64,000 nt of DNA, taken from contig DF237059.1 in NCBI GenBank assembly GCA_000708835.1, positions 1-64,000 on the forward strand, written 5' to 3'. The translations under genes and the position numbers were made by a program. Origin of the DNA: Klebsormidium nitens. Taxonomy: Eukaryota; Plantae; Klebsormidiophyceae. The notes under the pieces are model-generated. The model ran no database searches. It was not told where the DNA came from and saw nothing but the letters and a program-made list of their open reading frames with translations. Below are positions 62,201-64,000 of the stretch, one piece after another (the first letter of the stretch is position 1; every line of letters starts with the position of its first letter).

Positions 62201-64000
62201 CGAGCCGAGTGCAGATCAGGGACCAGTAATGTCGGTCTCTTGGCAGCTCTAAAGGCTGGCACAAGCGATATTTCAATAATGGACGTGAACTTGACCGGCT
62301 CCACTATACCTAGTTCCAATGTAGTACAGCCGCCTTCCTTGTGTTAGCACGCTGCTTCTCAACCCCTAGTACAATTTCGACGGTCGTTTTAGCGGAGCCT
62401 TGAACGTTCCTTCTTTCAGCTGTTGAGCGCGAACTAGAGCGGTGCTGGATTCCTAGCATCTCGCGGACGAATAGAGGCAAACTTCCGCTTTGGTCAGGAA
62501 GGCCCCTGTAGGCAGAGGAGGTGCCCCCTTAAAAGTCGCCGCGACTTGGACCTGAAAAAGGGAATTTTACTCCGCCTCTGTTTCCGACCACAGCTGCTGG
62601 GTAAGGCGTACCCATACGTGGCACGCCGCTTACTGACGGACCCGTCCCCTGGGCTGCGGCAAAAACAATACCCACTGATCCAAAATGCTCATCCTCAAAA
62701 CGTTCTCTTAAGCGCTTATCCCTCTTTTATCCGCAGCTGCTGGGAAAGGCGTACCCATAGTCGCACGCCGCCAACTTACCGACCCGTCCCCTGATCTGCC
62801 GCAAAGATAAAAACCCACTGATTCGGAAAAACTCATCCTCAACAGAATGATTTATCCCTCTTGTTTTCGCAGACACTGTGTAAGGCGTACCCGTATGTGG
62901 CGCGCCGCCTGCTGACGGATCCCTTACAATCCTGTACTGGACTTTTCTAGTCGTCCAAACCTTCCAAAACGTTCGTTTCTTGACTGCCCCTGTTTTCTTT
63001 TCTTTCAGCTGCTGGGTAAGGCGTACCCGTACGTGGCCCGCCGCCTGCTGACGGACCCGTCCCCCGAGCTGCGGCAGGCGCTGGAGGAGCTGCTGCTGAA
63101 GGACGGCAAGTTCCGGTGGAACCGCCTGGAGAACCTGATGCGCGAGGGGCGCAAGAGCCAGGGCTTCGACGACGCGCAGCTCTGGATGCTGCTCGACTGG
63201 CTTGTTTCCGAGCAGGTGAATGTACTCAATGATCGTGGATTTGTTCCTTTGTCTGTAGCGCTTTGGTGTTGATTTGTTACGGGTACTTTTTGGAAGCGAC
63301 GCGCAGCCCTGGATGCTGCTCGACTGGCTCGTCTTGAAGCAGGTAGGAAAACGCGCACCGACTTTTGAGGTACTTTAAGAAAAGAGACAAAAAGACGTAT
63401 GCTTTGGCGTCGGCGTGAAATGTAAGAAAGGGCTGTGTGTCAATGATGCAGCTTGTGGATGCACGTCGTTCTTTTCACTGTAAGCCACTGGAGTTCTGCC
63501 AACTTTTCGGTTGAGGTTGAACCGACCGAGATTAGCTCGTTGACCACGTAATCGAGGAGACTTTGTTGTCGTAGAACCATGGAGGATTGGGTGTTGCGCT
63601 TGTAGAAATGTGACGTCCCGCATCAGACTTTGCCTCACGAATGACATGTAAGATAACGCGACGCTTCTCTTATCAATGATCGTTCTTCCTTCCTTCTGGT
63701 AGCACTCTATGCCTGAAGAAGGGTTTCGTGGTGTACTTGCCATGCCTAAGGTCGGGTATACAACATCTTATTACCTCAATTCGATGATAACCCTGAGCTA
63801 CAATTAGCTTCTTTCCGCAGGCGGACACGATTCGACAGCCGCTATCGAAGGAGATTGTTCGCCTGATCGACGCGTTCGGCTACCACACCACCCGGCGGGC
63901 CGCGACAGCTGTCGCGGGTTTCGTCGCTCGGCTCGCCCCGAGCGAAGCCGAAGACCTGACCGACCGGTGGTTACCCATGAAACTCGCCGATAGAGAAGCG
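56294..64000 (+). CDS. ABC1/UbiB atypical kinase, ABC1K3-like, plastid-targeted (continues past window end)
   Basis: LTELGPSFVKVGQSLSARPD, AAASLGQVYKA, VAVKVQRP, ELDYVAEG, GYFHADPHPGNLL, YLDFGMM, PFNVPAYYALILRSLSVLEGLAL, PYVARRLLTD, KFRWNRLENL. Confidence 0.9.
59284..60010 (+). repeat. Intronic tandem duplication (~360-bp units) carrying copies of the next exon's 5' end
   Basis: aaaagttgacaaa at 59284 and 59642; gccactagcgcgt in both units; acceptor plus VEDTFSEISPAPVAAASLGQVY copy at 59547-59612 versus the true exon at 59944. Confidence 0.85.
61968..62143. mobile_element. MITE-like element (176 bp) with 29-bp imperfect TIRs in an ABC1K intron
   Basis: ctcatgaaagataatgctaagccgagata (61968-61996) versus the reverse complement of 62115-62143 (ctcaagtaagataatattaagccaagata) matches at 24/29. 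G/T-rich interior. Confidence 0.65.
62581..63075 (+). repeat. Tandem array of four ~140-bp units, each a 3' splice site plus exon start
   Basis: Exon-start copies begin after AG at 62594, 62737 and 62873; the true exon starts at 63009. Spacers between copies are homologous (cccactgat, ctcatcctcaa, ttatccctctt). Confidence 0.9.
63297..63348 (+). repeat. Intronic copy of exon 3' end with intact GT donor
   Basis: cgacgcgcagccctggatgctgctcgactggctcgtcttgaagcag|gtagga mirrors the true exon end ...tccgagcag|gtgaat (63215). Confidence 0.9.

Overview
Intron-rich eukaryotic nuclear DNA. The plastid-targeted gene content and intron style suggest a green or streptophyte alga such as Klebsormidium; this is inference, not tested. 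All gene models were spliced by eye from GT-AG sites, so exon boundaries are provisional. Genes in order: (1) two paralogous loci for a secreted-type Cys-rich modular protein (795-1675 and 5817-8967, +), built from phase-1 symmetric exons and linked by a ~1.4-kb duplication; (2) CDT2/DTL WD40 gene (-) with a C-terminal PIP box; (3) ELIP (+); (4) DGAT2/MGAT-family acyltransferase (-); (5) a small hypothetical gene (+); (6) TGD1 (-); (7) a DUF1995 plastid protein (+); (8) a SWIM zinc-finger protein with a Ku-binding-like motif (+); (9) a hypothetical multi-exon gene (-); (10) an ERI2-like DEDDh exonuclease with a GRF zinc finger (-); (11) an ABC1K3-like kinase (+) running off the window end. Non-coding features: two MITE-like inverted-repeat elements, one 379-N gap, and a recurrent pattern of tandem 'echo' copies of splice sites plus exon edges inside introns. 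No rRNA, tRNA, CRISPR array or intact transposase was recognised.
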